DNA of 64,000 nt, taken from Macrostomum hystrix. Its lineage: Eukaryota; Animalia; Platyhelminthes. A program made the position numbers and the translations under genes. The notes beneath the pieces are model-generated. The model was not told where the DNA came from, ran no database searches, and saw only the letters and a list, made by a program, of their open reading frames with translations. Location of the stretch: positions 13,330,001-13,394,000 of the forward strand of contig CATNEN010000039.1 of the NCBI GenBank assembly GCA_950097015.1, in the 5' to 3' direction. Of this stretch, positions 38,135 to 51,167 are shown in pieces (the stretch's first letter is position 1; every line of letters begins with the position of its first letter).

Positions 38135-38995
38135 CACGGGAGTGATGAGACAGGGAAGATATGAGAAAGGAGGAGATAGGGGAGAGATGAGACGGGGGAG
38201 AGATGAGACAGGGGAGAGATGAGACATTGGAGAGGTGAGACATGGCAGACATGAGACAGGGGAGTGATAAGATAGGGAAGAGATGAGACAGGGAAGAGAT
38301 GAGACAGGGAAGAGATGAGACAGGGGAGAGATGAGACAGGGCAGAGATGAGACAGGGGAGAGATGAGACAGGGGAGAGATGAGACAGGGGAGAGATGAGA
38401 CATTGGAGAGGTGAGACATGGCAGGCATGAGACAGGGGAGTGATAAGATAGGGAAGAGATGAGACAGGGGAGAGATGAGACAGGGCAGAGATGAGACAGG
38501 GCAGAGATGAGACAGGGCAGAGATGAGACAGGGCAGAGATGAGACAGGGCAGAGATGAGACAGGGCAGAGATGAGACAGGGGAGAGATGAGACAGGGGAG
38601 AGATGAGACATTGGAGAGGTGAGACATGGCAGGCATGAGACAGGGGAGTGATAAGATAGGGAAGAGATGAGACAGGGGAGAGATGAGACAGGGGAGAGAT
38701 GAGACAGGGGAGAGATGAGACAGGGGAGAGATGAGACAGGGGAGAGATGAGACAGGGCAGAGATGAGACAGGGGAGAGATGAGACAGGGGAGAGATGAGA
38801 CAGGGGAGAGATGAGACATTGGAGAGGTGAGACATGGCAGACATGAGACAGGGGAGTGATAAGATAGGGAAGAGACGAGACAGGGAAGAGATGAGATAGG
38901 GGAGAGGTGAGACGGAAGAGATGAGACTCGGGAGAGATGAGACAGGGGAGAAATGAGATAGGGGAGACATGAGACAGGGAAGATAAAAGAGGAAA
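38135..38995. repeat. 16-bp purine-rich minisatellite (GAGATGAGACAGGGGA) with higher-order blocks
   Basis: Variant block ACATTGGAGAGGTGAGACATGGCAG recurs 4 times; explains the three long Cys/Ser/Leu ORFs. Confidence 0.95.
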
Positions 38996-39559
38996 GATAC
39001 TTGTTACTGCTTCTAGTTTCATGATCTAATGTTTCAGCTTTTTGCATCGCTTTAATCGTTGTTTATTTGAAGCAAATAATAATTGTATTTTACTAAACAT
39101 AAAATTTAACTATACAACTTAATGCTAGAATTTCACTGGTAGTGGGGGTCGGAGCATATAGACTACTTATTAATCTCGCATTTGGCTACAATCGAATTGG
39201 CTACAATTACCAACAGGCACTTCGTAAATCCAAGGACCCCCTTTGAACACTTATTTAGCTTCTCAACAGTGCTGAGCACTCTAGCAGCTGATTTTGGAAT
39301 CGGGCATGCATATGGGCGTTACTTGCTCGACAATATCCTCTAGCCTTCAGATCTAAGCGGTAGCGGCCTCGAAAGGATCGTGTGACCTCGCTACAGATAA
39401 CAACAGTAATAAAAAATGAACAGAACACATACGCACATGATCTCAAAAAATTTAAACAACGGATCATTGTCGATTGACCACGCGTGCAGGATTTCATTCC
39501 TGCACACTTATGTGTGCAGGATGTCATTCCTGCACAAGCTGCTTTATTCGTGCGATTTA

Positions 39560-41658
39560 TTCAAGACGTTCAGCAGTAACACGTCAAAATGACACCCAAA
39601 GTCAAAGCCGACGCCCACAGAAACGAGTATGGACATTGCAGTAAAGACGCCTGAGCAGATAATCGATGAAATGACAAAATCTGAATCGACTGACGCAACT
39701 GACGCCCACTTTGACATCTCATTCCTTAGTTAGCCTCTCCAAGAAGCCAAGACGCTACTCGGGAAGCGGAAGCAAAATGTGGCTGACAAACAATCAGCTG
39801 CGTCCGCAGAAGAGACGACCACGTTAGAAGATGCGAGCTTTAAGGTCCCGAAGACCAAAAAGTTGAAGTTCGGAGATCACCCATGAAGGGAGCTGACAAA
39901 AGCGACAAAGCCGTACAGACAGAGTTTTTACTCTGCCTGCATGTCTCTGCCTGCATAGAGACATAGTTGATTCCAGTAGATGCAGCAACTAACACAGAGA
40001 ACAACCTACTGATGGATACAGACTGGAAACGTTTGAAATCTCTCGAGGAAGGAGTAGCAGCGGTTCTTGGTGAAGTAAAACAACTGAAAAGTAGCTTGTC
40101 AATTGATGAGTACATTCAAAAGACTCGCAATGCGCTACAATCCTTGACCACCAGTCTAATGCATCAGTTAGAGGCAAAAGCCAAAGAAAGTCAAACGGAA
40201 CTACTGAGAGCGCTAAACATCACAAAATCCGACGTTGTGAACCATCTAAAACAAGCAAGTAGCTCAACTAAGGATCCTATCATCAGCGAAGAAAGAGCAG
40301 TGAAGGCAGAAGTAATAAAAAGCCAACAAATCAGCCTCAGCCTCGAGCAGAAGGTCGGTGAACTGGTCAGTCTGCATGCGCTGGCGTTCACTAAGACGCA
40401 GAATGAAGGAGCAGGACGGGAAACGTATGCCGAGAAGGCCTCGCGCTCAGTGAACCCAACAGCCTCTTTAAAAAATGTAAATGGAGGTCAGTGCCAGACA
40501 AATGCAGAGAACGCATCACGAGCTACCACAAGCGACTCGAAACCAGCTGAGGCAGAAAGCAACAGTAGAACCAAACAGAAAGTTGAAGGTCTGAAAATGC
40601 ATGATATAGTCGTTGTCAGCTCAAAGCCAGGCAAAGCCATTGACTATCGCAGACTCTTCCCGAATAGTACAATTCGAGTTGTCTACTACAACACTCAAGA
40701 AAGGTAATTGACCTAAACCATGAGCCATCAATGGTGGTGGCATATAGGGCTGTCACTGCTATTGAAGTTGGGCAAAGGCAACACGGTGCAAACTGCCTGC
40801 ACCTACGAGTACTCATCATCCCGGACAGTTCGACACGAACAGAACAAGTCTTCGAGAAAGAACAGTGTGAGTATGATTTTAAGCATCAGCTTTTAACATT
40901 TGACTTTCATGAAATCGACTTCTACGACGGTGAACTCAACAGCAGCGGAGCGGACTTCTTGTTTGCGTTAATGTCCAAATGCATTCGAAATCTAAACTTG
41001 AAAGTACGGCCGCAACCGGCTAACACAGAGAACCAGCGCCAGCAAACAGTGCATCATCGGCATCAACACAGCTATAGAGTCACGAGGCGGCGGTGCAACT
41101 GGCTACAGGAAATATAGAGCGCATAGCAGCTACCCAGTTCGAGATGCCAATTATATCCGTAGCGAAATAGACTACCGCATCAGCAGCAACGGCTATGTTG
41201 ACAGCAATCGAGGTAGCCGCTATCGAATCAGCAACGAGTACGACTACAGCAAAAACTTTAAAAAATTGGCTGTCGCGCTAACATCGGGCCCAGCAACTAC
41301 CGCAGAAGTAGCTTTGGGTACCGCAACAGATATACCAACAAGTTGGTGTCAGGCGCCTCGATGACCGCCAGTTTCGTTGCGTCGACTAAGACCGCCTGTC
41401 CAAGCCTGTGCGGCAGCAACAACCTCAATCGCCGGTGGGGTGGAGGAGTCGTTTAGCTGCTCAGCTCAGGTCCTCTAACTCCTTTGCCTAATAACTTTCT
41501 ATTTTTTATACCGTCGAATCCCATCTATTTTTTGTTTATTGTGCTCCGAGCGCAACAGGTTTTGAAGGTTTGAACCCGTCGTGACTGGCTCTAAGGACTA
41601 CAACTGCCTCTTTCTATGTCAATTTCTACGCTAAATTTTAACTCCCGAATAGTCACTG
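39560..41658 (+). mobile_element. LINE ORF1 region (degenerate, coiled-coil) and inter-ORF spacer, interrupted by the LTR element
   Basis: A-rich ORF1-like frame (39967-40707, coiled-coil-like, RETYAEKA) with stops and frameshifts. It joins, across the ACTG TSD, to an endonuclease ORF at 56523. Confidence 0.6.
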
Positions 41659-43976
41659 TGAAATAGCTGCGGGTTTGCAATCCGATGATCTGTCCTCGTG
41701 AAGGAAAGGAGTGTGGGGATGGCGATAGAGTCAGAAGTCGTACCGCAAAGTCTCGCGAGTTGCCGCGGAAAGAGGGATGAAGGGAGAGATGAAGGGAGAG
41801 ACAGTGGATGCAGGGAGTGGTCCTCTCGGCCTCAGGCTGGCCAGTCCCACTCAACCCATAGGCCACAGGCATGACTGCCGTGCCTACCCCAAGCAGTGCT
41901 CGAAACCGGCTAAAAGTCTAAATAGATGTCGGACTACCCGCAAGCGGATAGGACAGGGCTAGGTAGCCTACTGTCATCAGTAGCATGTTCGTAACTGACT
42001 CCTAAACTTGGTAGCAGTGGTCGACTCGGCCTAGGCTCTTGTCTTAGAAATGCGGAAAGGCTATCGGCAAAGCGGAAAATGATCTAGGGTAGCGCCACCA
42101 CCCAATGCGCCTGCGTTGCCACCGCAGACATTTGGAAACTTGGGTCCCCGGAGCTCGCGGCTCCTAGTTTGTCACACAGATCTTAGACAAGCCGAAAAAA
42201 TAGAGCCTTCTGTAACTTCCGTTTTAGACTAGGGTGAAGACCCCAGAATGGATCGAGACACGCCTCAACAGGGGATTCCTGAATTTGCGCTACAGTGGTC
42301 TAGAAAGGTGGTACTCCGAACCCGAAAGAGAAATCCATAGCCAGAATCCTACTCATGAGACATTAGACACATTCTGTACATTAGACTGCAGCCTACACAT
42401 TAGATAACTAGCAATCCGAGTCTGTGCGAGTTGAGGAAAACAGAGGCAGGAGAGGTTAAGCTGAACACTGGCTGAGTGATTATGCAAGCGTGAGATTAAT
42501 TGAACATCACTCTCGTTCCCGTGGCCGCAGGTGCGAAAGGGGGACAGCGGGAAAACTCCATTGGAAAGGGAGCTCGACACGTACCTTGAACCCACCCAAG
42601 AGGGAGAAGGAAAACCGGCCAAGGATTCCCCCAACCCCTGGAAAGGAAAATGCACATGCTACCCTCCGCATTTACTTACAAATCCCTAGCTCCATATTAC
42701 TCTCATGCGCGCTTACAATTGCCTTCCTGCCGCAGCTTTCAGCTCGGCTGTGCCAGAGCCCATTCCCCTAATAGATTAGCCACTCATGGTAGAGGGCTGT
42801 CTAATGAGAAAATAAAGGTGAAAAGGAGACATAGTAAAAATTAGGTTGATGTTAAAAATTAGCCCAATAAGTTAAAGGTGCTTTAGATTAAGTGGTTTTA
42901 TTAGGCTGAAACAATTCCTAACTCCCCTCCCACTAAATGCCGCCTAAACTAATAGAAAGCCCCTTAGGAGCAATAATTGCAAACCGCTGCGCGGATTACT
43001 TATCTGGACGCTTCGGCCGCGTGCTGCAATCCCGTTGTTCTCGGGGAAGAGGATGGGGTAAGATAGTAAAAGCCGGGAAGGGAAAGATGCTGCGAGTCGG
43101 CAGGGGGCCAACACGCTTGGAGCTCAAAGGCTCAATTTAGAGCTCACCTAAGAGGTGGCTTGCGCTTAGGGAATGGGAACAGGCAATTGGCCTGTGCTTA
43201 TCTGCTCGGAGCTCAAGGCTCAAGGGTCTAAGCCCTACGTGGTCGGAAATAGTGCTCTGGGTCCGGTGGGAGTCCGGCCCGGCTTAGGTAAGTCCGGCAG
43301 GGGAGAAGGGGAAGAGCCGGCGGGGGAAAAAGGTCCTCCCGGGAGCAGCGCAGCGCGCTTGCTTAAATAGGCCTTGCAGCACGCCAACCCCGACATCCAT
43401 CAAAGCAACCCACATTCGCGCCCGCCTGTCAACGGGGAATCGAAGCGACGACAGGCCGCCCCAATTGCCCAATGAACCGGCGGCGAGAAACGACAGATGT
43501 TCTGCTCGAACAGCCGTCGGCAGTCGGCCAATGATTGTTACTCCGCCAGGACAATGGGAAGCGCAGGCGCCGACCTGCCTACAGTGACATTTACATGTAT
43601 CTAAAGGAGGGAGGCCATAAAGTCGAGCTGGGCTCGAATACTGTAAAGAAGTGGGGACATGAAGAATTAATGATCACTCATAACGCCCGAGTGATCCCCT
43701 ATATCTGATCGCGGTTTGGAGGGGAATTATGACCTAAACTACTCGTACAATAAAAGCTATGGCCGCGATCAGTCATTCCTACAGGGGTCTAGACAACTCC
43801 GGAGAGAGAGGATTCGACAGCTACTTGATTCACCGCCGCCTCAAACCCGGCCCTAAGATTAATGATCTTGTTTTGTGGCCAGCTGCTATGTGGGTCGCAA
43901 TCATTAGTTACTTAAAAATTTGAAAAATTATGCTGGCTCACACTCCCACTCGATTCCCGCAGCACACTCCACATCA
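41659..43976 (-). repeat. 3' LTR (2318 bp)
   Basis: TG...CA ends; copies at +6273 and +12546. Confidence 0.9.
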
Positions 43977-43996
43977 CTCCACCTTCGCTCACTTTC
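43977..43996 (-). promoter_or_regulatory. Polypurine tract (second copy 50250-50269)
   Basis: GAAAGTGAGCGAAGGTGGAG directly before the LTR TG on the minus strand. Confidence 0.7.
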
Positions 43997-44894
43997 ACGT
44001 AAGACACTTACGTGCCTACTGACAAAGTGAGCGGGGTGTCTCGAGAATCGAGGGGAAAAATAATAAAAGTTTCCTACAACATACTGTACAGAACCCTAAG
44101 AAGAATTCCGCTAGAGAAGAAATCCTAATAACTATAAATAGATTGGTGCGTGAGTATAAAATGGTCGGCGCCCCTAGTGACTACGGTATAGCGTCCTATG
44201 GGGGGGGTGCGCATTCCGGTCGCGGCGAATAGAGTTCCTCGATGCCCAGGGGTGTGCCTTGTCCCGGCTCGCCTTCTTCTCCAGGTGGTTGCAGCTGTGC
44301 CCATCTTCTCCTGCCCGGCTTGGTCTCGGTTGCGCAATCCTGGGAGGCTCCCGCCGTCTTTCCTTGAGTCCGAGGGGTCCGGCCGTGCTCTCACCAGGTG
44401 GTTCCAGGTTGGTTGGCCCATTCGCGTCCTCACCGATCCTGTTGCCGGGCATCGGTAGCCTCTGATTTGCCGCGCGCCCCAGGTGTTTCCGGCTGGCCGT
44501 GCCCGAAAATGCTCGCCGGGCCGGTTGCCTAGCCGTTGCGCGCGGTCCAATCGGCGCTGGAGCTGGTCGCAGCTGGGGAGACCGCTGCTCAGGCCGCTTG
44601 TGGTGCTGTTGCCGGCCGAGGCGTCTCCTCACCGAAAAGGTCAGGGCCCCAACAACTAAACTGTCACTAGGGTCCCCCTATGCTGGAATTCCCCACATTC
44701 CCAACTGTCTTCCTATTGGCTGGCGCTCCCGCCACTTTACCCCTAAACTTAGATGCTATAAAAACAAACACTTGACGCCCCATTAACTCAAGCCGCTGTC
44801 TTTTTCTAAAAGAAACACTACCGCTAGCTATCGTCTGCGTTCTATTAAAGATTAAGGATTTCCTGATTCGCCACATTCTGCTAAACTTCTCAAT

Positions 44895-45465
44895 ATGAAA
44901 TCGACTACCCAGCCATCTGTGCCGCTGGTGGATGCTGCGGGCCTGACCCAGCTGCTGCCTGACGAAGAAAGGTGAGTTATTTTGCTTCTACTCGGCCCCC
45001 CCAAGGCCGGTTATTGAGGGGTTATAACGAGTTGGTTGCACATTTGAGTAAACATACTTTATTAGCCCTGGCACGCCCCGCTTGTTTTTACTTATAATTG
45101 ATCCCTACCCGGGCACAGCGATGCCCTCGCACCGCTGTTAACAAAAAACCCTGTTGGCAGTTTTAATTAGAGTTAGATTGGATTTTAAATTTCACAAACA
45201 TTACACTGGCGGTCGTTACCCCTTAATAACCTTAATCTGTCCGCCTAATTTTTTTCAGTGATCATACGCCGCGACCCCCCATGCGAGTTACTTTTGCCAT
45301 GCGTAAGTTGACGCGACCTGATTTCTAAAAACTTCTAACACCCTGCCCGCATCTAGCCACCATTTGAAATCTTTACCTATTGCTGCCCATCTATACCTCC
45401 CTAATACGCTCCAATACTCTTACTTTGCAGACATTGATTTGCCACCCGGGCAGGAGGCTGCCTAG
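44895..45465 (+). CDS. Candidate 3-exon, 51-aa micropeptide gene, antisense within the LTR element
   Basis: Exons 44895-44971, 45259-45302, 45431-45465; donors GTGAGT and GTAAGT; acceptors TTTTTCAG and CTTTGCAG with CTAAT branch sites; TATAAAAA at 44757. Confidence 0.45.
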
Positions 45466-47912
45466 TCGCCCTCGCCATCGGCCTGATGAGGGGCCCGATT
45501 GGCGTGGCGGTGGCGGCCGGACTGATGGCCGCGGCATGCGCTCTACTGATTCCCGTACTCCGTCTTTGTTCTGTTCTTTGGCTAATTTATGCTGCTCAAA
45601 TTTTTCGACCGCCTAGCGACCACGGAAAACTCGATTCTAACCGCTGGGATATATATATATTTGAAAATCTGGACCTACCCATTCGAACGATTCATTGCAA
45701 AATCCCTGCTCAGGTGCTCACCATTTGAACAAAGCAGGCTAAAAAAAAACTGCTTCCCTGATATGTGCTTTTTATTCCCAGAGGAAAAAGAAGCCCAAAT
45801 CGTTCGAAATCTGCGGTTCGTGGAAAAACAGATTGTCTCCCACATAATTAACCATATGACCCTGTCGGCCTCTTGATTGACAACCGCCTACTCCCAATCA
45901 AACATTGAAATCCCACATGCATACCACCCCGCTCACTTTGGCGGGTTGGTAGGTATCCCTCCTAAGATAGAAGCCGACATGAACTAAACTCCCGACAACC
46001 CAGGCAAAAACGAGAGATAAAGGGTGCCATTCACATAAACGGTGCAACTAGAACTAAATGTTTAGAAAAAGAAGGTGCGAACCCTAATGTGCTACAGTTA
46101 TGAAAAATCTCATGCGAAACTTTACAAGGGGAATTTCACCCCACTAAGTGTGTTTTTTTGTGGTTTTGGCTATTTTATATTGATTTTTAGGTAGAGTTTT
46201 GGCGCCAAGATGGCTTTTGATCGAAAAAGAAAAAAAACAGTTAGTGAGAAGATGTAGCTCGCTAAGCAAAATGATTCGGAGGAGGGCTTGGTCCCCTAGC
46301 GCGACCGTGTGGGTGCGTCTGGGCCCGCGCGGCTGTGCGCTGCCTACCCTCAGTCTGGGTCAGCGTCACTCGATGTTGCCCGGGGCTCGGAGCCGATCTC
46401 AGATTCGCGGAAACGAATCCTTCTGGCATAGCCCCAGCGCTCGGGAGGTCTGATGCCTTCCCGAGGTCGCAGTTGCGTGCAGGGGCCGCCTTTCCTGGCC
46501 CCTCTCCGCGGAGACAGCCCTACCTCCAATCGGACGGGGGCGCCAATTGTCTCGACGACCTCACCCTCCTGGTCGGACATGTCGACCAAAAGAGGAAATG
46601 AGGATTTTGCAAAATTTGAGGGGGTTGTCGCTAAAGCAACACTGGGGATGAGAAAAAGTGGGCTAAGCGGGGTGCTGCACACGGCAGTGGCCGCGGAGAA
46701 TAAGCAATTGAAAAACCCGGCCCTAGCGAACAAAGACTGCGATGCAGCGGCCGATAAAGCGATAAATGGAAAACTGATAGGAGAGAAAAAGGGCCCGGGG
46801 CCCTGGCTAGCTCTGCTTCCGGCCTCGGCTTCCGACAACTGCTTGCGCGCACTCGAAATTGGGACATAGGAGTCTAGGTTTTAACTTAGCACTCATTCAG
46901 CGACCCTATAGCGGACTGTTACACTACAGGTACGGCGGGGCCAGTACTACTGCTGGCAGCGCCTGCAGCAGCCTATCGCCCTACCTTGGAAAGTACACGC
47001 CTTCAATAAGTTACTCAAGAAGGCTAATCCCCGATTCGCTCAGAGGGCCCTTCCTGGGGGGGTGGCCAGGGGCTTCGCCTCTGCGATTTACAAGGCTGGG
47101 AAGTCCAGGTATTTTACATCTGGAGCCTCGCTTCGGCTTAGGAGTCCGTAGGGCAAAAGCCCGGTTACTGCGTTTAGACTACCCTTCAGAGAGCTTCTTA
47201 GAAAAGGACATGCCGACCGATTTCTAGCCTATCCCCAAGGTCGGCAGTTTCAGGGCGCGGGCACGGGTGTCGTTAGACTCCCTCAGGGTCCCGACCCTTA
47301 ACTATTCCGCCCCTAAGTTAGACTTAGTCAAAGTTACGTGGCACCTTCAGAATCAGGAACATGAAAACGGGCCTTGCGCGACGCCCAAGGAAAGGCTAAC
47401 CCCCGATTCGCTCAGAGGGCCCTTCCTGGGGGGGTGGCCAGGGGCTTCGCCTCTGCGATTTACAAGGCTGGGAAGTCCAGGTATTTCTCCTCTGGAACCT
47501 CGCTTCGGCTTAGGGGTCCGTGGCTCAGAGCCCGGTTACTCCGTTTAGATTACCCTCGCCTAGAACAATCACGCAGGAAAACCCCGCAGACAGTCCCCGA
47601 CTCCTGCAGTAGCCACATAACCCGAAGACACTCTAGCATGAAGTCCACTCACACAGCCTACTCATAGTAGAAAGTCACTAATCAGAATTTTTAGAAACTC
47701 TAACAAAACCTTACATTAAAGTCCGAATCAAATTGAAACTGTTCAGAGAAAATTAATTGACAGTTACTCGGAACTGAAGTCCAGTCTCCAGAGATAAGAT
47801 TCCGGCATACGGATAATGAAATCTAGAAGGAGCCCTTACGGCTAGCTACTACAGAAATCTGCAGCGCTAAACTAACAATTGAAATTTCAAGTTCGTTTCG
47901 CGCCCTTTCTAG

Positions 47913-47930
47913 ATCCCACCGCTGCCACCA
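47913..47930 (-). promoter_or_regulatory. Primer-binding site complementary to the tRNA-Leu 3' end (second copy 54186-54203)
   Basis: TGGTGGCAGCGGTGGGAT, 1 nt from the LTR; complement of the ATCCCACCGCTGCCA-CCA end of metazoan tRNA-Leu(AAG/UAG). Confidence 0.85.
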
Positions 47931-47931
47931 T

Positions 47932-50249
47932 TGAAATAGCTGCGGGTTTGCAATCCGATGATCTGTCCTCGTGAAGGAAAGGAGTGTGGGGATGGCGATA
48001 GAGTCAGAAGTCGTACCGCAAAGTCTCGCGAGTTGCCGCGGAAAGAGGGATGAAGGGAGAGATGAAGGGAGAGACAGTGGATGCAGGGAGTGGTCCTCTC
48101 GGCCTCAGGCTGGCCAGTCCCACTCAACCCATAGGCCACAGGCATGACTGCCGTGCCTACCCCAAGCAGTGCTCGAAACCGGCTAAAAGTCTAAATAGAT
48201 GTCGGACTACCCGCAAGCGGATAGGACAGGGCTAGGTAGCCTACTGTCATCAGTAGCATGTTCGTAACTGACTCCTAAACTTGGTAGCAGTGGTCGACTC
48301 GGCCTAGGCTCTTGTCTTAGAAATGCGGAAAGGCTATCGGCAAAGCGGAAAATGATCTAGGGTAGCGCCACCACCCAATGCGCCTGCGTTGCCACCGCAG
48401 ACATTTGGAAACTTGGGTCCCCGGAGCTCGCGGCTCCTAGTTTGTCACACAGATCTTAGACAAGCCGAAAAAATAGAGCCTTCTGTAACTTCCGTTTTAG
48501 ACTAGGGTGAAGACCCCAGAATGGATCGAGACACGCCTCAACAGGGGATTCCTGAATTTGCGCTACAGTGGTCTAGAAAGGTGGTACTCCGAACCCGAAA
48601 GAGAAATCCATAGCCAGAATCCTACTCATGAGACATTAGACACATTCTGTACATTAGACTGCAGCCTACACATTAGATAACTAGCAATCCGAGTCTGTGC
48701 GAGTTGAGGAAAACAGAGGCAGGAGAGGTTAAGCTGAACACTGGCTGAGTGATTATGCAAGCGTGAGATTAATTGAACATCACTCTCGTTCCCGTGGCCG
48801 CAGGTGCGAAAGGGGGACAGCGGGAAAACTCCATTGGAAAGGGAGCTCGACACGTACCTTGAACCCACCCAAGAGGGAGAAGGAAAACCGGCCAAGGATT
48901 CCCCCAACCCCTGGAAAGGAAAATGCACATGCTACCCTCCGCATTTACTTACAAATCCCTAGCTCCATATTACTCTCATGCGCGCTTACAATTGCCTTCC
49001 TGCCGCAGCTTTCAGCTCGGCTGTGCCAGAGCCCATTCCCCTAATAGATTAGCCACTCATGGTAGAGGGCTGTCTAATGAGAAAATAAAGGTGAAAAGGA
49101 GACATAGTAAAAATTAGGTTGATGTTAAAAATTAGCCCAATAAGTTAAAGGTGCTTTAGATTAAGTGGTTTTATTAGGCTGAAACAATTCCTAACTCCCC
49201 TCCCACTAAATGCCGCCTAAACTAATAGAAAGCCCCTTAGGAGCAATAATTGCAAACCGCTGCGCGGATTACTTATCTGGACGCTTCGGCCGCGTGCTGC
49301 AATCCCGTTGTTCTCGGGGAAGAGGATGGGGTAAGATAGTAAAAGCCGGGAAGGGAAAGATGCTGCGAGTCGGCAGGGGGCCAACACGCTTGGAGCTCAA
49401 AGGCTCAATTTAGAGCTCACCTAAGAGGTGGCTTGCGCTTAGGGAATGGGAACAGGCAATTGGCCTGTGCTTATCTGCTCGGAGCTCAAGGCTCAAGGGT
49501 CTAAGCCCTACGTGGTCGGAAATAGTGCTCTGGGTCCGGTGGGAGTCCGGCCCGGCTTAGGTAAGTCCGGCAGGGGAGAAGGGGAAGAGCCGGCGGGGGA
49601 AAAAGGTCCTCCCGGGAGCAGCGCAGCGCGCTTGCTTAAATAGGCCTTGCAGCACGCCAACCCCGACATCCATCAAAGCAACCCACATTCGCGCCCGCCT
49701 GTCAACGGGGAATCGAAGCGACGACAGGCCGCCCCAATTGCCCAATGAACCGGCGGCGAGAAACGACAGATGTTCTGCTCGAACAGCCGTCGGCAGTCGG
49801 CCAATGATTGTTACTCCGCCAGGACAATGGGAAGCGCAGGCGCCGACCTGCCTACAGTGACATTTACATGTATCTAAAGGAGGGAGGCCATAAAGTCGAG
49901 CTGGGCTCGAATACTGTAAAGAAGTGGGGACATGAAGAATTAATGATCACTCATAACGCCCGAGTGATCCCCTATATCTGATCGCGGTTTGGAGGGGAAT
50001 TATGACCTAAACTACTCGTACAATAAAAGCTATGGCCGCGATCAGTCATTCCTACAGGGGTCTAGACAACTCCGGAGAGAGAGGATTCGACAGCTACTTG
50101 ATTCACCGCCGCCTCAAACCCGGCCCTAAGATTAATGATCTTGTTTTGTGGCCAGCTGCTATGTGGGTCGCAATCATTAGTTACTTAAAAATTTGAAAAA
50201 TTATGCTGGCTCACACTCCCACTCGATTCCCGCAGCACACTCCACATCA
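47932..50249 (-). repeat. Shared middle LTR
   Basis: PPT on one side and PBS on the other. Confidence 0.9.
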
Positions 50250-51167
50250 CTCCACCTTCGCTCACTTTCACGTAAGACACTTACGTGCCTACTGACAAAG
50301 TGAGCGGGGTGTCTCGAGAATCGAGGGGAAAAATAATAAAAGTTTCCTACAACATACTGTACAGAACCCTAAGAAGAATTCCGCTAGAGAAGAAATCCTA
50401 ATAACTATAAATAGATTGGTGCGTGAGTATAAAATGGTCGGCGCCCCTAGTGACTACGGTATAGCGTCCTATGGGGGGGGTGCGCATTCCGGTCGCGGCG
50501 AATAGAGTTCCTCGATGCCCAGGGGTGTGCCTTGTCCCGGCTCGCCTTCTTCTCCAGGTGGTTGCAGCTGTGCCCATCTTCTCCTGCCCGGCTTGGTCTC
50601 GGTTGCGCAATCCTGGGAGGCTCCCGCCGTCTTTCCTTGAGTCCGAGGGGTCCGGCCGTGCTCTCACCAGGTGGTTCCAGGTTGGTTGGCCCATTCGCGT
50701 CCTCACCGATCCTGTTGCCGGGCATCGGTAGCCTCTGATTTGCCGCGCGCCCCAGGTGTTTCCGGCTGGCCGTGCCCGAAAATGCTCGCCGGGCCGGTTG
50801 CCTAGCCGTTGCGCGCGGTCCAATCGGCGCTGGAGCTGGTCGCAGCTGGGGAGACCGCTGCTCAGGCCGCTTGTGGTGCTGTTGCCGGCCGAGGCGTCTC
50901 CTCACCGAAAAGGTCAGGGCCCCAACAACTAAACTGTCACTAGGGTCCCCCTATGCTGGAATTCCCCACATTCCCAACTGTCTTCCTATTGGCTGGCGCT
51001 CCCGCCACTTTACCCCTAAACTTAGATGCTATAAAAACAAACACTTGACGCCCCATTAACTCAAGCCGCTGTCTTTTTCTAAAAGAAACACTACCGCTAG
51101 CTATCGTCTGCGTTCTATTAAAGATTAAGGATTTCCTGATTCGCCACATTCTGCTAAACTTCTCAAT

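Noticed and set aside
38100-39047. Three overlapping ~300-aa Cys/Ser/Leu ORFs, and similar ORFs at 16881, 20730-21321, 22273-22963, 27019-27536, 29804-31588
   Set aside because: Translations of stop-free minisatellites, open in several frames.
45480-45520. Hammerhead ribozyme (CTGATGAG) or retrozyme
   Set aside because: No stem II followed by GAAA and no compatible stems; CTGATG at ~9749 fails likewise.
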